A stretch of 63,992 nucleotides of DNA, the filler included, from Sanchytrium tribonematis (Eukaryota), in the NCBI GenBank assembly GCA_018985235.1. It is 6 parts of 6 records of this genome, joined end to end, with 100 filler letters (N's around TTAATTAATTAA, not from the genome) between each part and the next. Parts side by side here need not be neighbours in the genome. Positions count along the whole stretch, not along the records: positions 11,399 to 22,679 come from JADGIG010000266.1; positions 22,780 to 34,040 come from JADGIG010000267.1; 4 more parts are not named here. One strand, written 5' to 3'. A program made the translations under genes and the position numbers. Below the pieces are notes generated by a model. That model worked only from the letters and a program-made list of their open reading frames with translations, did no database searches and was not told the DNA's origin. This document shows, piece after piece, positions 11,399 to 22,780 of the stretch; positions within the stretch are counted from its first letter, which is position 1, and every line of letters begins with the position of its first letter.

Positions 11399-11943
11399 GA
11401 TGAAATTGAAGTTTGACAAGATTCGATTTACGATCAAAATGTTGACATTTGGTACAGACGGGGAGGCAGATCTAGGAATAAATGCAACCAAAGCTTTCGA
11501 AAAATTTATGAACGAAAAAAAACTAGGTACATTGTTAGAAGTTTTTAATGTCAAAGGGTTTCAATATTCACAGTAAATTTTTTTCTTCCAACTATTTTTT
11601 TCAAGCATGAAAAATCTAGATATATTTGACGTTCAAATAAAATATTTGTTGTCCAATTTTTAAGGACTCTATATGCTTTTGTACAATCAGCTAACGTCTA
11701 CCATTCACAGCATAAATCAAGTCAAGTAACCCTAATCGAGCTTCCACAGTGTATATCCCGTAAAAAACTTGAATTTACAGAAAATCGATATTTTCTCCTA
11801 GTCTAGTTTCCACAGAGCGTGTCCAATTTTGTTAACTCGACAGCGATATAGTCGGCATTTTAAGATCACGAGCTTGATGCGTTGAACAAATGTTGTGTGA
11901 ATTGTGCAACAGTTCTCCTGAAACAATTATATCATCATTTTAG

Positions 11944-14400
11944 ATGGCTACTTTAAATGATTCTAAACAATACTCGCCTGATTTCGACGGATTTGGAATT
12001 CAATGCGCTTTTCTAGGATCTGTCGCCATTGCATCGACAACATTATTTATTTATATTAGAAACAAACCCAACTATGCGCATTTATATAAAAATCAAAACG
12101 GCATTTACAATACGTACAATCCGCATCTTAATAGCAAAGGACTTAAGCTTTTTATGTATCTATTACGACTTCCACATACTGAAATATTGAAGCATATTGG
12201 ACTAGATCAATATTTGTATTGCGAATATCTATATCAAATCTCACAAATACTAGGGGCTATCTTATTTGTGCCGATAATTTTAATGCCAGTCCACTATTTC
12301 TGTAGCAATTCCGATGTTTCCGGAATGAATCAATATTCTATTATCTCTCTGCCATTGAATAGTGACCTATATTATGTTCATGCTATATTGGTGCTTTATT
12401 TGACTGTTGTAGTTATATACAAATTCCACTACTTTATGCTTAATTTTATTCAATTAAAAATTATACATTTAAAATCTCACTCTCAAGATCTTGACTTGAG
12501 GTCCATTTTGATCATGAATATACCCAAGGAAATCCGGACTGATGAGGCCTTGCTTAATTATATTCAATCTCTTAATATCGGGAAAGTGGAATCATGTTTT
12601 ATGGTTCGAGACATTGCAGAGCTGAAAAGTCTCTATGTAAGAAGGAAGCAATTAATACATCACCTCGAGGTTGCTCATTTAAAAATAAGGCATAATTTAG
12701 TGAGATATTTCCACAAGGACAAACTTAAACTCATGGCAGGAAAATATGTCCATATGAAATGCTTAAAACCACAGTCTGACTCTGAGGTAAGTTTGCATTC
12801 GCTTAATTCATCACATACATCTGATCAGCTCGCTGAGCTTAAATTTAAAGAAATGAGGAATGAGCTGACTTGGAAAGACATCTTTGAAGTTGAAAGAACC
12901 CTATTAGATCAATTTCATCCGCTTCATCAATCACATCACACACACGTCACAAACTACTTGGTGGATCATATATTGGGGAAATTGCAACACGTTGACCACC
13001 AAATTGATCAATATAGAAGGTTATCGTACAAGTCAAGTGATTCTGCATTTGTTACATTCTCGAACATGCAGTCTCAAATAATAGCCCATCAATGTCTACC
13101 AAGCATCCAATATCCTTTAATTGTCTTTAAAGCCCCTGAAATTCGCAATGTCAATTGGGAGAATCTAGTTGTCCGACAATATAACCGCAATATTCGTAGA
13201 TTCATCATAACGGCTATTTATTTGCTTTTAACAATCACTTGGTTATTTCTCATGTCTGCTGTTATCTCTTTGACTAATTATCAAAGAATTATTGAATATA
13301 TTCCACAATTAAATATCTCTCCAAAATATACTGAATATATTCATCAAATTATACCCACAATAGTAGTCACGCTTTGCCTAGCTGTTCTTCCATATATTTT
13401 AGTGGGAATCACAATGATTGAAAAACTGCATTCATTTTCATATGTTCACAAAGTTGTTACCAAACGTTATTTTATTTTTAGTGTTTTTAATTTGGTAGTC
13501 GTTTTTACCATTGGTCGATCCATTTTCTCAACCATATTGCAAGTGGTATTTCCTGCAAACAAATCTGTTGAAAATGTTGGCATTTTAGAATTATTAAGCA
13601 ATAACATTCCAAATGGGGGTTTCTTTTACATCAATTATTTGATATTACAACTCAATTTGCATTTTCTCGAATTAATTCAACTAAATTGGGCACTTGTCAT
13701 AAAATGGACGAGCGAATTGATAATTAGAACTCCTAGAAATCTTATTAAAAGCCAAAAGCCGTATCAATTTCTGTACTTTTACTTTTATCCCACTCATGCC
13801 TTGATGTTTATGATTATTATAGTATATAGTGTGATTCACCCAATGATCGTATTAGTCGGCTTTCTATATTTTGTCATTGGATATATTGTGTTTAAGCATC
13901 AATTTGTTTTTGCTTATAAACAAAATTACGATAGTCATGGAGATGTTTTTGATTATTTATTCAAATGGGGCATTTTCTCATTAATATTTTTACAAATTAT
14001 TATGTTGAGCATTCTAATTTTAAGAGAGAGTGTTGGGCCAAGTTGCATCATCGGGTTTTGTCTCTTGCTCACCATTTATTACATTAGAGGTAGTAGATTT
14101 TATTTAAGACAGTGTGACGAGTTTCCTCTTGATGAATGTCAATTGTCTAATCAAGACCGGTCCGTCGTGATGATGAATAATGTAATTGATACGCTGCCCG
14201 TTATGAATCATGACTACACTGCAAAATCTAATAGTAAACTGGAACCACCGAGTCAAAGGGAGTATCCATTTTATATACATCCTTTGTTTTATAAGCCTTT
14301 AAGCAAGTCGATCCTTTTACCAGAAAGAAATGAAGTATTGGAAGTAGACGAATACTTAACCAGCCAGGAAAATGTAATTAAGCAAGAAGGTTTCTACTAA
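11944..14400 (+). CDS. OSCA/TMEM63/CSC1 calcium-permeable channel
   Basis: GLDQYLY, SAFVTF, APEIRNVNWENL, FYINYL, multiple TM helices. Confidence 0.92.
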   Translation: MATLNDSKQYSPDFDGFGIQCAFLGSVAIASTTLFIYIRNKPNYAHLYKNQNGIYNTYNPHLNSKGLKLFMYLLRLPHTEILKHIGLDQYLYCEYLYQISQILGAILFVPIILMPVHYFCSNSDVSGMNQYSIISLPLNSDLYYVHAILVLYLTVVVIYKFHYFMLNFIQLKIIHLKSHSQDLDLRSILIMNIPKEIRTDEALLNYIQSLNIGKVESCFMVRDIAELKSLYVRRKQLIHHLEVAHLKIRHNLVRYFHKDKLKLMAGKYVHMKCLKPQSDSEVSLHSLNSSHTSDQLAELKFKEMRNELTWKDIFEVERTLLDQFHPLHQSHHTHVTNYLVDHILGKLQHVDHQIDQYRRLSYKSSDSAFVTFSNMQSQIIAHQCLPSIQYPLIVFKAPEIRNVNWENLVVRQYNRNIRRFIITAIYLLLTITWLFLMSAVISLTNYQRIIEYIPQLNISPKYTEYIHQIIPTIVVTLCLAVLPYILVGITMIEKLHSFSYVHKVVTKRYFIFSVFNLVVVFTIGRSIFSTILQVVFPANKSVENVGILELLSNNIPNGGFFYINYLILQLNLHFLELIQLNWALVIKWTSELIIRTPRNLIKSQKPYQFLYFYFYPTHALMFMIIIVYSVIHPMIVLVGFLYFVIGYIVFKHQFVFAYKQNYDSHGDVFDYLFKWGIFSLIFLQIIMLSILILRESVGPSCIIGFCLLLTIYYIRGSRFYLRQCDEFPLDECQLSNQDRSVVMMNNVIDTLPVMNHDYTAKSNSKLEPPSQREYPFYIHPLFYKPLSKSILLPERNEVLEVDEYLTSQENVIKQEGFY

Positions 14401-14439
14401 TTTGACAATTAAATAAATCGGATATGCATGCAATTTCAC

Positions 14440-15792
14440 TCACTTATTTAACACTTCAAAGATTTGTTCAGACTCTGCAAAGCAACCCTTTTCTAAATTG
14501 ACCATAAAAGCGCGCCACATTTGCTTTTTTAGGTTTAATTTTTCGCATTTAAATCCAAGTATATGGTCATTAAAGATGGATTGCGCCATAACTGGGTATT
14601 CTGAGATTTCGCAAAGATTGTAACACTTCCATATCATTGCTTTAATGTCTTCCACTAATGGAGATTCTTCTTCTTTCGTTGAATCTTTTCGCAATTCAGT
14701 ATTTGCTTCAATATATAAATCATATGATGGTTGAGAATTTCCGACATTGTCTTTAATCAATTGATCGACTGCTTCCAGAGCTTTATCAAATGTATCGGGA
14801 TCTGTTACACCAGATGGTGCTGTTCTATTAGATAGCTCTTTGATTTTGGAGCTAAATGTATGCTTTAATTGAGTGTCGGCTGAGTTACATTCTATATTTT
14901 CGTCCATAGTTGTCACAACTTCGTTGGAGTTTTGATCTGATTGAGTACCGAAACTGCTCTTTTGAATAGCACGAAGCTTTTCCTCGAGTTTATTTGTATT
15001 TTTAGCATTATTTAAGGCTGCTGTTAAAGTTGCATGATTTTGAAGTTTCATTTTTAACAATTGTGGAAACCTCGATGGACTATTGCTCTTTTTAACTTCA
15101 TAAGGCTGAGACAAAACGATATCATTAACATTAATAACTTTCCCAGCATCAGGTTGAGTTATTGGAGACTTTTCAACTAATTTCGGGAAAACCTTTTCTA
15201 ATTTTATCATTAATTTCTTGAGGCATTTCTCGATTTTCTGCCGAGTTTCTTGCTTCGCTCCTTTAAAATTCTTGCGCATGTATATTTTCAAAGACTCCTT
15301 TGAAAACCAAAGTCCTTCTGTACGTAAAAATTTCAAGTACATTTTGCAGTAGTTGCGCTCCTTACCAACTGGAAATACTTTGTCAACGTCAAAATTTTTC
15401 AGTTTTTCAAAATCCAACTCCTTGGGTGGTTTGTCAGACTCAACTTGTTTAATTACGGTTGTATGTTCCTTCTTTTTTGCCATAATTTCAGGTTGAAGAC
15501 ATTTTTGATTGTTCGCTGGATTCGACGATTCAGAATAGCCCGCAAATTTATAAAGCAAATACAAGGCTCTTCTACATTCTATGATGGTTACTGATGAGCT
15601 TCCATTATCGTATATATTTGATAGAAATTCCAAAACAAGATTGACTGGGTCTGGGTTTTGGAGACGACCTTTGACGGTCTGGAGTAGATTAATATACTTT
15701 GATGTAATATCTATATAAGATTTATATTCAAAAGGAAATTGTTTTGTTATTTCCCTTTGAAAAACATGATACTGATCTACAATATTCAACAT
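14440..15792 (-). CDS. Hypothetical protein with integrase core-binding (SAM-like) segment(s)
   Basis: VLEFLSNIYDNGSSSVTIIECRRALYLLYKFAGYSESSNP resembles tyrosine-recombinase N-terminal domains; remainder unrecognised. Confidence 0.5.
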   Translation of the reverse strand: MLNIVDQYHVFQREITKQFPFEYKSYIDITSKYINLLQTVKGRLQNPDPVNLVLEFLSNIYDNGSSSVTIIECRRALYLLYKFAGYSESSNPANNQKCLQPEIMAKKKEHTTVIKQVESDKPPKELDFEKLKNFDVDKVFPVGKERNYCKMYLKFLRTEGLWFSKESLKIYMRKNFKGAKQETRQKIEKCLKKLMIKLEKVFPKLVEKSPITQPDAGKVINVNDIVLSQPYEVKKSNSPSRFPQLLKMKLQNHATLTAALNNAKNTNKLEEKLRAIQKSSFGTQSDQNSNEVVTTMDENIECNSADTQLKHTFSSKIKELSNRTAPSGVTDPDTFDKALEAVDQLIKDNVGNSQPSYDLYIEANTELRKDSTKEEESPLVEDIKAMIWKCYNLCEISEYPVMAQSIFNDHILGFKCEKLNLKKQMWRAFMVNLEKGCFAESEQIFEVLNK

Positions 15793-15935
15793 CACAGATT
15801 CAAGGAGTAATTACAAACAGCTAGCTTTGCTACTCGTGCAAATCGATATCAATCAAAACCCATCAACAATTGCTTCTAGTGTCCAATATTAATTTTTTAT
15901 GTTTTTCATTAATATAGGGGGAAACAAGCTCTGAA

Positions 15936-16712
15936 ATGTATAATTCTAAGCAAAGAGCATCTTATTTTATGGCACATTGTTCTACCATTGTAATGTGGCA
16001 AGTTGCACTCATTACGTTTTTGCACCTCTTCATTTATCCGGATGTCAATAACATTCAGGACTCGCTAAAAGTGAAAATTGGGCAACCAGAATTTGTCTCG
16101 CAAACTCCCACGACCAGTTATTCTTTTGGAGATTGGTTATTTAAACCTGATCACTACGGAACCTTCCCAATGAGAGTTAAATTGCAATCGGATTGGATTA
16201 GAGATCATACCTTGAAATGGAACAGGCATGTTGTTTATTTGGCTGTCGTGTATCAATGGGGAGACAAAGTGATCCCAGATGGAACTCACTGGGCAGATAA
16301 AACTATCGGTAAATTTTTCAATCCATTTATATATGGCCCCGATGAAGAGAGAACGTATGAAAATTCAGTGACCATATATGACAAGATTTACATGAGACCG
16401 CAAATCGGATACTCTGAAATGGTCAACAGAGCAAAGGAGTTAGCTTTGGATTCATTATCGAAATTCAGTATTAAATCTCTAAATCTGACTGCACCTCCTC
16501 ACACCAATATTAAATTGTCTAAAACGAAATATCCAATTACTGGACATGGTACAAACACTAAGAAATTGGTCAAAAATGGTCAATTACTTTTGTATGTTAA
16601 TTTGATCCCGTACACCGGACCATTAGTTAGTCGAGTCTACGTAATAAAGAAAAATGTGAGCTGGAAGCCGAAAGATAAGGCCAAGAAGGAAAAGTCCAAA
16701 GATGATAAATAA
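15936..16712 (+). CDS. SPC3: Signal peptidase complex subunit 3 (SPC22/23), divergent
   Basis: MYNSKQRA start + TM helix, KWNRHVVYL, NSVTIYDKI, KTKYPI, NLIPYTGPL blocks. Confidence 0.7.
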   Translation: MYNSKQRASYFMAHCSTIVMWQVALITFLHLFIYPDVNNIQDSLKVKIGQPEFVSQTPTTSYSFGDWLFKPDHYGTFPMRVKLQSDWIRDHTLKWNRHVVYLAVVYQWGDKVIPDGTHWADKTIGKFFNPFIYGPDEERTYENSVTIYDKIYMRPQIGYSEMVNRAKELALDSLSKFSIKSLNLTAPPHTNIKLSKTKYPITGHGTNTKKLVKNGQLLLYVNLIPYTGPLVSRVYVIKKNVSWKPKDKAKKEKSKDDK

Positions 16713-16771
16713 ATAAGACCAAAAGTTATAAAATCGAAGCCCTTCACTTTATGTAAAATGGCAATGTTTCA

Positions 16772-16859
16772 TAAGCACGGCGGGACTTGAACCCACAATC
16801 TTTGGCTATCACTCGTAAACGATAGGAGGCCAACGCGTTAACCATTTCGCTACGTGCTC
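16772..16859 (-). tRNA. tRNA-Arg(CCT) with 15-nt intron (16808-16822)
   Basis: Acceptor GAGCACG/CGTGCTT, D arm GCG-AAATGGTTAA-CGC, anticodon stem TTGGC/GCCAA, loop CT-CCT-A^A, T arm GTGGG-TTCAAGT-CCCGC. Confidence 0.93.
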
Positions 16860-16966
16860 TTCAATTAAGGGGAGCTAGAGTTATTATATTAATACAAAAA
16901 CAGACTTCATCAAAATTTATATTTGTTTAGCCTATAACAATCAATATGTCTAAAACAATAGAAAAT

Positions 16967-18100
16967 TTATTGCATTGGTGCTTTCAATACACTCAAAAAT
17001 TGCTTACCAGCTTTTAATGGAATCTTCTTCTTCTCTGTCTTTTTTGCAACTTTGGCATCCTTTGCTTTCAAATGAGTTAAAATTTCACGACGCTTGACTG
17101 TTTGAGCATACGGATTCAAAGCAATCATCTTATGTTTGTTCTTCAAAGGATTCTTCTTTTGAGTGTATGGTCTCTTTGAAATGGATTGTTTCTTATTAAC
17201 AACAGCTTGAATTTCATCAGACTTGATGATACGTTGAATATCTGCATTTGCAATAATGTTGGATGGTAAAGTGTATCCAACCTTTTGTTCTGAAGGTTTA
17301 GTAAATGTACCGAAGATAGAATCTAATGCTTTAAATGCGCTTTCGGTCCAGATGATCAATCGACCGACATGTCCACCAGGAGCTAGTTGCAAAAGATTAA
17401 GTCGAGAGACATGAGAGACTTCAACACCAGGAACGTTTGAAAAAGCTTTAACTAATCCTTTGTCATTGTTGTAAACGACTAAAGGTCCTTTTCTTTGTTT
17501 ATATCTTCTTCCTCTTGATTTACCGCGGCCAGCTCTTGTAGTTTTGGTGTCGATCACTTTTTCAACATCATCATATAACTTAATTGCTTTCAAAAATGCA
17601 ACAGCAGCTTTTGATTTGGTCAAAGATTCAATTCCATTACCGACAACAACAGGAACTTCTTTGACGTGTTCAACTTTGTGTCCACGAGACATAACAAGAG
17701 GAACAATTCCAGAAGCAGCGATAGCAGATGCAACTGCGTACCTTTTCTCGTTGACATTGACATGTACGTGCCATTTTCTCCAAACTTTGGTTGGTGCAAA
17801 CATGCGTCCTTTTCTACACATATTACCAAATGCAGCTTGACCGGATCTCATGGTACCACCACCAGAGACACGAGGAATACGAGCAACAGCTCTACCGGTA
17901 CCCCATGATTCGGCGGAATGCTGCATACCAGCTTTAGTGCTGACAGCATAAGCTTGACGCTTGTTTTTTCTGATACCAGTGTGGACAGATCTTACAACAT
18001 CAGTTCTAATTGGAGCAGAAAATACTGAAGGTAGAGCAACTTGTGCAATACTTGTTTCACCAGACTCTGAAAATACGTTGACAACAGGACGAGTAGACAT
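16967..18100 (-). CDS. RPL4: 60S ribosomal protein L4 (uL4)
   Basis: [39 protein letters not shown]. Confidence 0.99.
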   Translation of the reverse strand: MSTRPVVNVFSESGETSIAQVALPSVFSAPIRTDVVRSVHTGIRKNKRQAYAVSTKAGMQHSAESWGTGRAVARIPRVSGGGTMRSGQAAFGNMCRKGRMFAPTKVWRKWHVHVNVNEKRYAVASAIAASGIVPLVMSRGHKVEHVKEVPVVVGNGIESLTKSKAAVAFLKAIKLYDDVEKVIDTKTTRAGRGKSRGRRYKQRKGPLVVYNNDKGLVKAFSNVPGVEVSHVSRLNLLQLAPGGHVGRLIIWTESAFKALDSIFGTFTKPSEQKVGYTLPSNIIANADIQRIIKSDEIQAVVNKKQSISKRPYTQKKNPLKNKHKMIALNPYAQTVKRREILTHLKAKDAKVAKKTEKKKIPLKAGKQFLSVLKAPMQ

Positions 18101-18267
18101 ACAATTGTTGAAAAAGATTGCGAAACTTTTTTCTACGCCATGATTGATCCAATCACAAAATGAAACTAATTTCCCAAAATTTGGGGATGCATTATGAATA
18201 TTTTTGTGTACGGCTTAAGAAAAACATCTTCGAATAAAATCTGATGTAATTGGCTCACTGAAACAAA

Positions 18268-20331
18268 ATGGACGAAAAAGAATCCACTTTCGCGTTTTCA
18301 ATTCCTTTAAAAATAAGAGAAACAATAGCTAAACCCAATTACTCTCAAGAATTAAAGGAAAGAAAAACATTGTATACTGCGATGCACCAAAAATTGTGTG
18401 ATTTGGAAAAATCTGCGAAAATTATGTTTGATTCTAAGATGATTTTGCCGCCTATTGGAGAAGAGAAAACAGTAAATACCTTGCCAGAAGAGTGGCAGAT
18501 ATTGATTGTCAGAATGGATCGAGTTTGTAGGCAGGTTGAACATTTACAAAATTTCAATAAGGTTCCAAATTTAAATTATGATGAAATGAAGTCGAAATTA
18601 TTGTCTGCCTACAAAGAAGCAAATTATTTACATGATGAGCTGCAAGAATTCAAGGCCAAATCTGAACATGCAATGTTTTTGAAAGAAGGAGAGATTGAGA
18701 ACTCGGCAAACAAAATTAAGGCCATTCTAGAAGAAAATCGAGTTATTCAGAACGACTTGCAGAACTTAAATAATATACATAATAAGTTAAAGGAGGAACA
18801 GCAGTCTATGTTAGAGGAAAAACAGAGCGAAGCAACTGCTTTCCATCAGATGGAAATTTTACTTAAACAACAAATCGAGTCCCTGCTCCGAAAAAATCAA
18901 GAATTTGAATGCCTGATTAGCTCAAAAAGTTTCGTCAATAAGACTGAACACGATAATGCGCTTCACATTCTAAATTCCAAAATATACAGTTTGGAATCTA
19001 TTGGTGATGAGATGCAAAATAATTTTAACGAATTAAAGCAAAAGGATGAGTTGCTTAAAGAAGCTCATGAATTGCTGCTTTTGAGTCACAACCAATTAAG
19101 TAAAAATACTGAAAAAGTAAATGCAGATCTTCAATGCAGCCAGCAAAACTTAACATACGAAAATGTTCTTTTAAAAAATGAGGTTGCCATAAAGAACCAG
19201 CAAGTTAGCCATTTACAAATGAAGCTTTCAAATACTGAAAAAGAGTTGACGGATCTGAAATTGTTGTCCACATCTGAATATGAAAAATTGTCTGCGCAGT
19301 GTCAAGCTTCAAAACGGCAGTTAGAAAACGACAAGAATCAATACACAAGCATGACTAACGAGGTGAGATTATTGAGAAGGCAAATGGCCGAGCTACGTGC
19401 AAATTCAGAGGAAGCAGCAAAAAGGGATACTAGAAAATTGGAAGAACTATTGTTAAAAATTAGCACACTCCAAGGTGAGATGTTGTTCATGGAAACTTCC
19501 CATAATTCTACTATTGGTGACATGAGTGTCGATTTGAATCAAAAGTCTGTTGAAATTAACTCGCTTGCCATGCAACTTGAGTTGGCAAACAACGAACTCT
19601 CTAGACAAAAGCATCTTTTGAGAGATTCAGTTTTAAGTTTGTGTGATGAAAAAGCTGCTCATAATCTATCTAAATCAGAACATTCGAACGTTTTAGCGTT
19701 CCTAGACAATGCAAGTCTTTTACATAAAAGAGACAAGGAAGAGATTAAAAATCTAAGAGCTGAAGTGGAAAATTTATCAAGTGAATTAAAATCGTGTGAT
19801 CGAAAACTTGTGACCATCACTATGCAAATTGAAAGCCTCAAATCAAACATTGTACGTCAGCATAAAGAGGCGTTGGCCAATCAGACATCTGCGTCTGCTA
19901 AGCTTGAAAATTCTAAGAATCTCTTGAGAGAATTAGAACTAAAACACAATACATTGGCAAGTCAGCACGAATCTTCTTTACAAACTATCGAAGAGCTCAA
20001 ACAAGATATCAAATCTCGTTTGGACATAATTACCATGTTTGAAAATCAAGTTGCATTGAAAAACAACGAGATTTCCAAGCTCTCGACGGACTTGGCAACA
20101 ACAAGACAACAATTGGATGTCTCAAACACCAATGTCTACTTAAGCGCACTCACTTTAACCGATATGCAAAGATTCAACAACAAATATGATGAGCATTATG
20201 TTAAAAACATTACTAAGTATCAGAAAGATCTTTCTGAGCGGACTGTTTTGCTTGAAGATACTTTAAGAATGACTGATATGATAAGGAATATCTTGGATGA
20301 CAATGGAGTTTTAGAGTCCGATACAAAATAA
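18268..20331 (+). CDS. Long coiled-coil protein, 687 aa
   Basis: Extended E/K/L/Q heptad pattern; family not recognised. Confidence 0.75.
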   Translation: MDEKESTFAFSIPLKIRETIAKPNYSQELKERKTLYTAMHQKLCDLEKSAKIMFDSKMILPPIGEEKTVNTLPEEWQILIVRMDRVCRQVEHLQNFNKVPNLNYDEMKSKLLSAYKEANYLHDELQEFKAKSEHAMFLKEGEIENSANKIKAILEENRVIQNDLQNLNNIHNKLKEEQQSMLEEKQSEATAFHQMEILLKQQIESLLRKNQEFECLISSKSFVNKTEHDNALHILNSKIYSLESIGDEMQNNFNELKQKDELLKEAHELLLLSHNQLSKNTEKVNADLQCSQQNLTYENVLLKNEVAIKNQQVSHLQMKLSNTEKELTDLKLLSTSEYEKLSAQCQASKRQLENDKNQYTSMTNEVRLLRRQMAELRANSEEAAKRDTRKLEELLLKISTLQGEMLFMETSHNSTIGDMSVDLNQKSVEINSLAMQLELANNELSRQKHLLRDSVLSLCDEKAAHNLSKSEHSNVLAFLDNASLLHKRDKEEIKNLRAEVENLSSELKSCDRKLVTITMQIESLKSNIVRQHKEALANQTSASAKLENSKNLLRELELKHNTLASQHESSLQTIEELKQDIKSRLDIITMFENQVALKNNEISKLSTDLATTRQQLDVSNTNVYLSALTLTDMQRFNNKYDEHYVKNITKYQKDLSERTVLLEDTLRMTDMIRNILDDNGVLESDTK

Positions 20332-20364
20332 AGTAGTTCTTTGTGGAATTTATTATCTTGAAAC

Positions 20365-22164
20365 ATGCTTAAGACCCCAGAACTGCAAACTGCTGTTCAA
20401 AACTTTTTAGTGAATTGCGTCGGAGCGGGCTTCCTGATTATCATTTATTTCTCGGTGTCTCTACTTAGCCCTTATATTATTCCATTATTCTGGGCCGTTG
20501 TTTTAAGCATTCCTCTATATGACATCAAAAAAATCTTTCTTGATTATATAGAGGAAGATTTAAAAGACGACGAAATAACTTTATTTGGAGTGTTGACAAC
20601 CACAATCCATGTTATATTAGGCTGGGCGTGCGATCCATTTTATTATTTAATTTGCACAATTACAAAATCCTATTTATCATTGATACATTACGCATTTAAT
20701 GTTAAAGACAATGAAGAACATGTTCAATCGCCTTCTTCAGTTGATCCTAATTTAAGCCCCGGTAAAAGACTTGCAGAAAAATCCATGAAAGAGCAAAAGC
20801 AAATTGTTAGTGAGCGGCTTCGAGACACATTTAATAAGGGCACTTTTTACTACTTCAGAATTCTACTTTCTTGTGGAACTGGATACCTACTATACGACTT
20901 GTTTTTTGTCAAAAAAGCAGCACCGCTTTTAAGTTTATTACTATTGTTCTTAATTTCTCTACATTTGATTTATCATGTTATCAGAAGTTTGTTTGTCAGG
21001 TATTTGCATGTTACCATCAAGCAATACTTTATGCAAATGACCAAGTCAAAGACTAAGAATTTCGTTCTAAATAATGCCAATACATTGCTAACCCATTTTA
21101 TTGTTATTGGTTCCATCATTTTTATGACTCTAGTGTCTATTTTTCTAATGTTCAAATGCATCCAAGAATTCCAGTCAATGATTCAATTCAGCATTGATTT
21201 TGTAGATACTCATTTACAGGGCGAAATGAGAGATGAATATCACGCACAATTAAATCAAGCTTATGACTACGGTACCCATTATGTAGATGACTTGAGTTTA
21301 ATGAAAAATGCTAATTTGACTACCAAAGATATTCAAATGAAAGTCAAAAACATGTTCACGACACTGCCTATGATGCAATCAATATATGGTCAAGTTTCAA
21401 CCGGGAATCTGGGTGTTTTACTTAATAGCACAGCCTTGAAGCTAGCCATGAAAGAAATCCAACAGAATTCATATTCCGACAACGAAATGAGTCTGTTTAG
21501 CCAACTACAAGCAGTCATATCTGGATTTTTAAGCAACATTGCTCAAAATGCATTATCAATGGGATTGAGCATCTTTACTACAGTTATCAATGTGGTTTTA
21601 ACTGCATTTGATTGGATATTCAAAATTATTGTTTTTTTGACAGTTTTAATTTATTTGGTAAGCAACAAGCATTCTGTGATTTACTATCTAGGAAACACTT
21701 TAAACGTGGTGGATCCAAAAAAAACTATAGTGACTGCTTTAGAAACTTGTATAAGCTCTACTTTCAGTGTTAATTTGCGATTGGCATTATTTTATTTCTT
21801 TTTTACTACTATCTCTTTTTCAGTTTGTGGGTTGCAAATTATTTATATTCCAGCTATTCTGAGTAGCCTACTAGCTATTTTACCTTTTGTGAACCCGATG
21901 TTAATTAGTGTCTTACCCGCTATTATTCTGTGGCTTCAAGGAAATTTAATTTTTGGAGTATTTCTTTTTGCCATTCATTTGTTAGCTTCATTTATGATAA
22001 TTCCTTCGTTTTACGAGGAAATTAAAGGCGTTGACACTTATTTTGGAAGTTTAAGTATTGCACTTGGTTTATACACATATGGACTAGAAGGTATTATTCT
22101 GGGTCCAATTTTGATGAGTTTGATTCCAGCTGGATATACATTCTTAAAGTATTACTTGGAATAA
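20365..22164 (+). CDS. TMEM245 / AI-2E (PerM) family membrane protein
   Basis: PLFWAVVLSIPL near the N-terminus; C-terminal GLYTYGLEGIILGPILM. Confidence 0.8.
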   Translation: MLKTPELQTAVQNFLVNCVGAGFLIIIYFSVSLLSPYIIPLFWAVVLSIPLYDIKKIFLDYIEEDLKDDEITLFGVLTTTIHVILGWACDPFYYLICTITKSYLSLIHYAFNVKDNEEHVQSPSSVDPNLSPGKRLAEKSMKEQKQIVSERLRDTFNKGTFYYFRILLSCGTGYLLYDLFFVKKAAPLLSLLLLFLISLHLIYHVIRSLFVRYLHVTIKQYFMQMTKSKTKNFVLNNANTLLTHFIVIGSIIFMTLVSIFLMFKCIQEFQSMIQFSIDFVDTHLQGEMRDEYHAQLNQAYDYGTHYVDDLSLMKNANLTTKDIQMKVKNMFTTLPMMQSIYGQVSTGNLGVLLNSTALKLAMKEIQQNSYSDNEMSLFSQLQAVISGFLSNIAQNALSMGLSIFTTVINVVLTAFDWIFKIIVFLTVLIYLVSNKHSVIYYLGNTLNVVDPKKTIVTALETCISSTFSVNLRLALFYFFFTTISFSVCGLQIIYIPAILSSLLAILPFVNPMLISVLPAIILWLQGNLIFGVFLFAIHLLASFMIIPSFYEEIKGVDTYFGSLSIALGLYTYGLEGIILGPILMSLIPAGYTFLKYYLE

Positions 22165-22450
22165 ATTTATTTATTCAACTCTATTAAATCGCTCGAATCA
22201 ATCTTGATTTGTATTTCTGATCTTCCTGCAAAAACTCTCATTTCATTATTCAAACGTCATTGTTTATATAATGATTAGAGCGGGTTTAACCAATCAAATT
22301 CCGCACTAGTATCCGAACTTAAATAATAGGGCTTCTGAAGACGTTAATATTATGTAGCTGCAGTGCTGCAAGACATGCAACAAAGTAGCACCATATCTTT
22401 CCACATTAAATTCACTTAATTTAAGCCTCTTTTCAAAATTCTCCTTGAAA

Positions 22451-22679
22451 ATGCCACATTCAAACATTTTCTTCGTTAGGCAGTTGCCATACAACATTAA
22501 TGCTAGTCAGCTTTTGTCGATGTTCAATAAATTTGGGGAAATAGTCCAAATTCGCGTTGGAAATTCTGACCAAACTAGAGGAAGTGCTTTTATAGTTTTT
22601 AATAAGGAATGTCCTGAGGCAATGGAAATGAATGGCTATAATTATCAAGGTCGATATTTGATCGTCAGAATGCATCAAA
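22451..22679 (+). CDS. SF3B6: U2 snRNP branch-site protein p14 (SF3B6), cut by contig end
   Basis: RRM with LPYNI, QIRVGN..TRGSA, RYLIV characteristic of p14. Confidence 0.88.
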
Positions 22680-22779
22680 NNNNNNNNNNNNNNNNNNNNN
22701 NNNNNNNNNNNNNNNNNNNNNNNTTAATTAATTAANNNNNNNNNNNNNNNNNNNNNNNNNNNNNNNNNNNNNNNNNNNN
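22680..22779. other. Artificial contig linker
   Basis: N-TTAATTAATTAA-N, 100 nt. Confidence 0.98.
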
Positions 22780-22780
22780 C

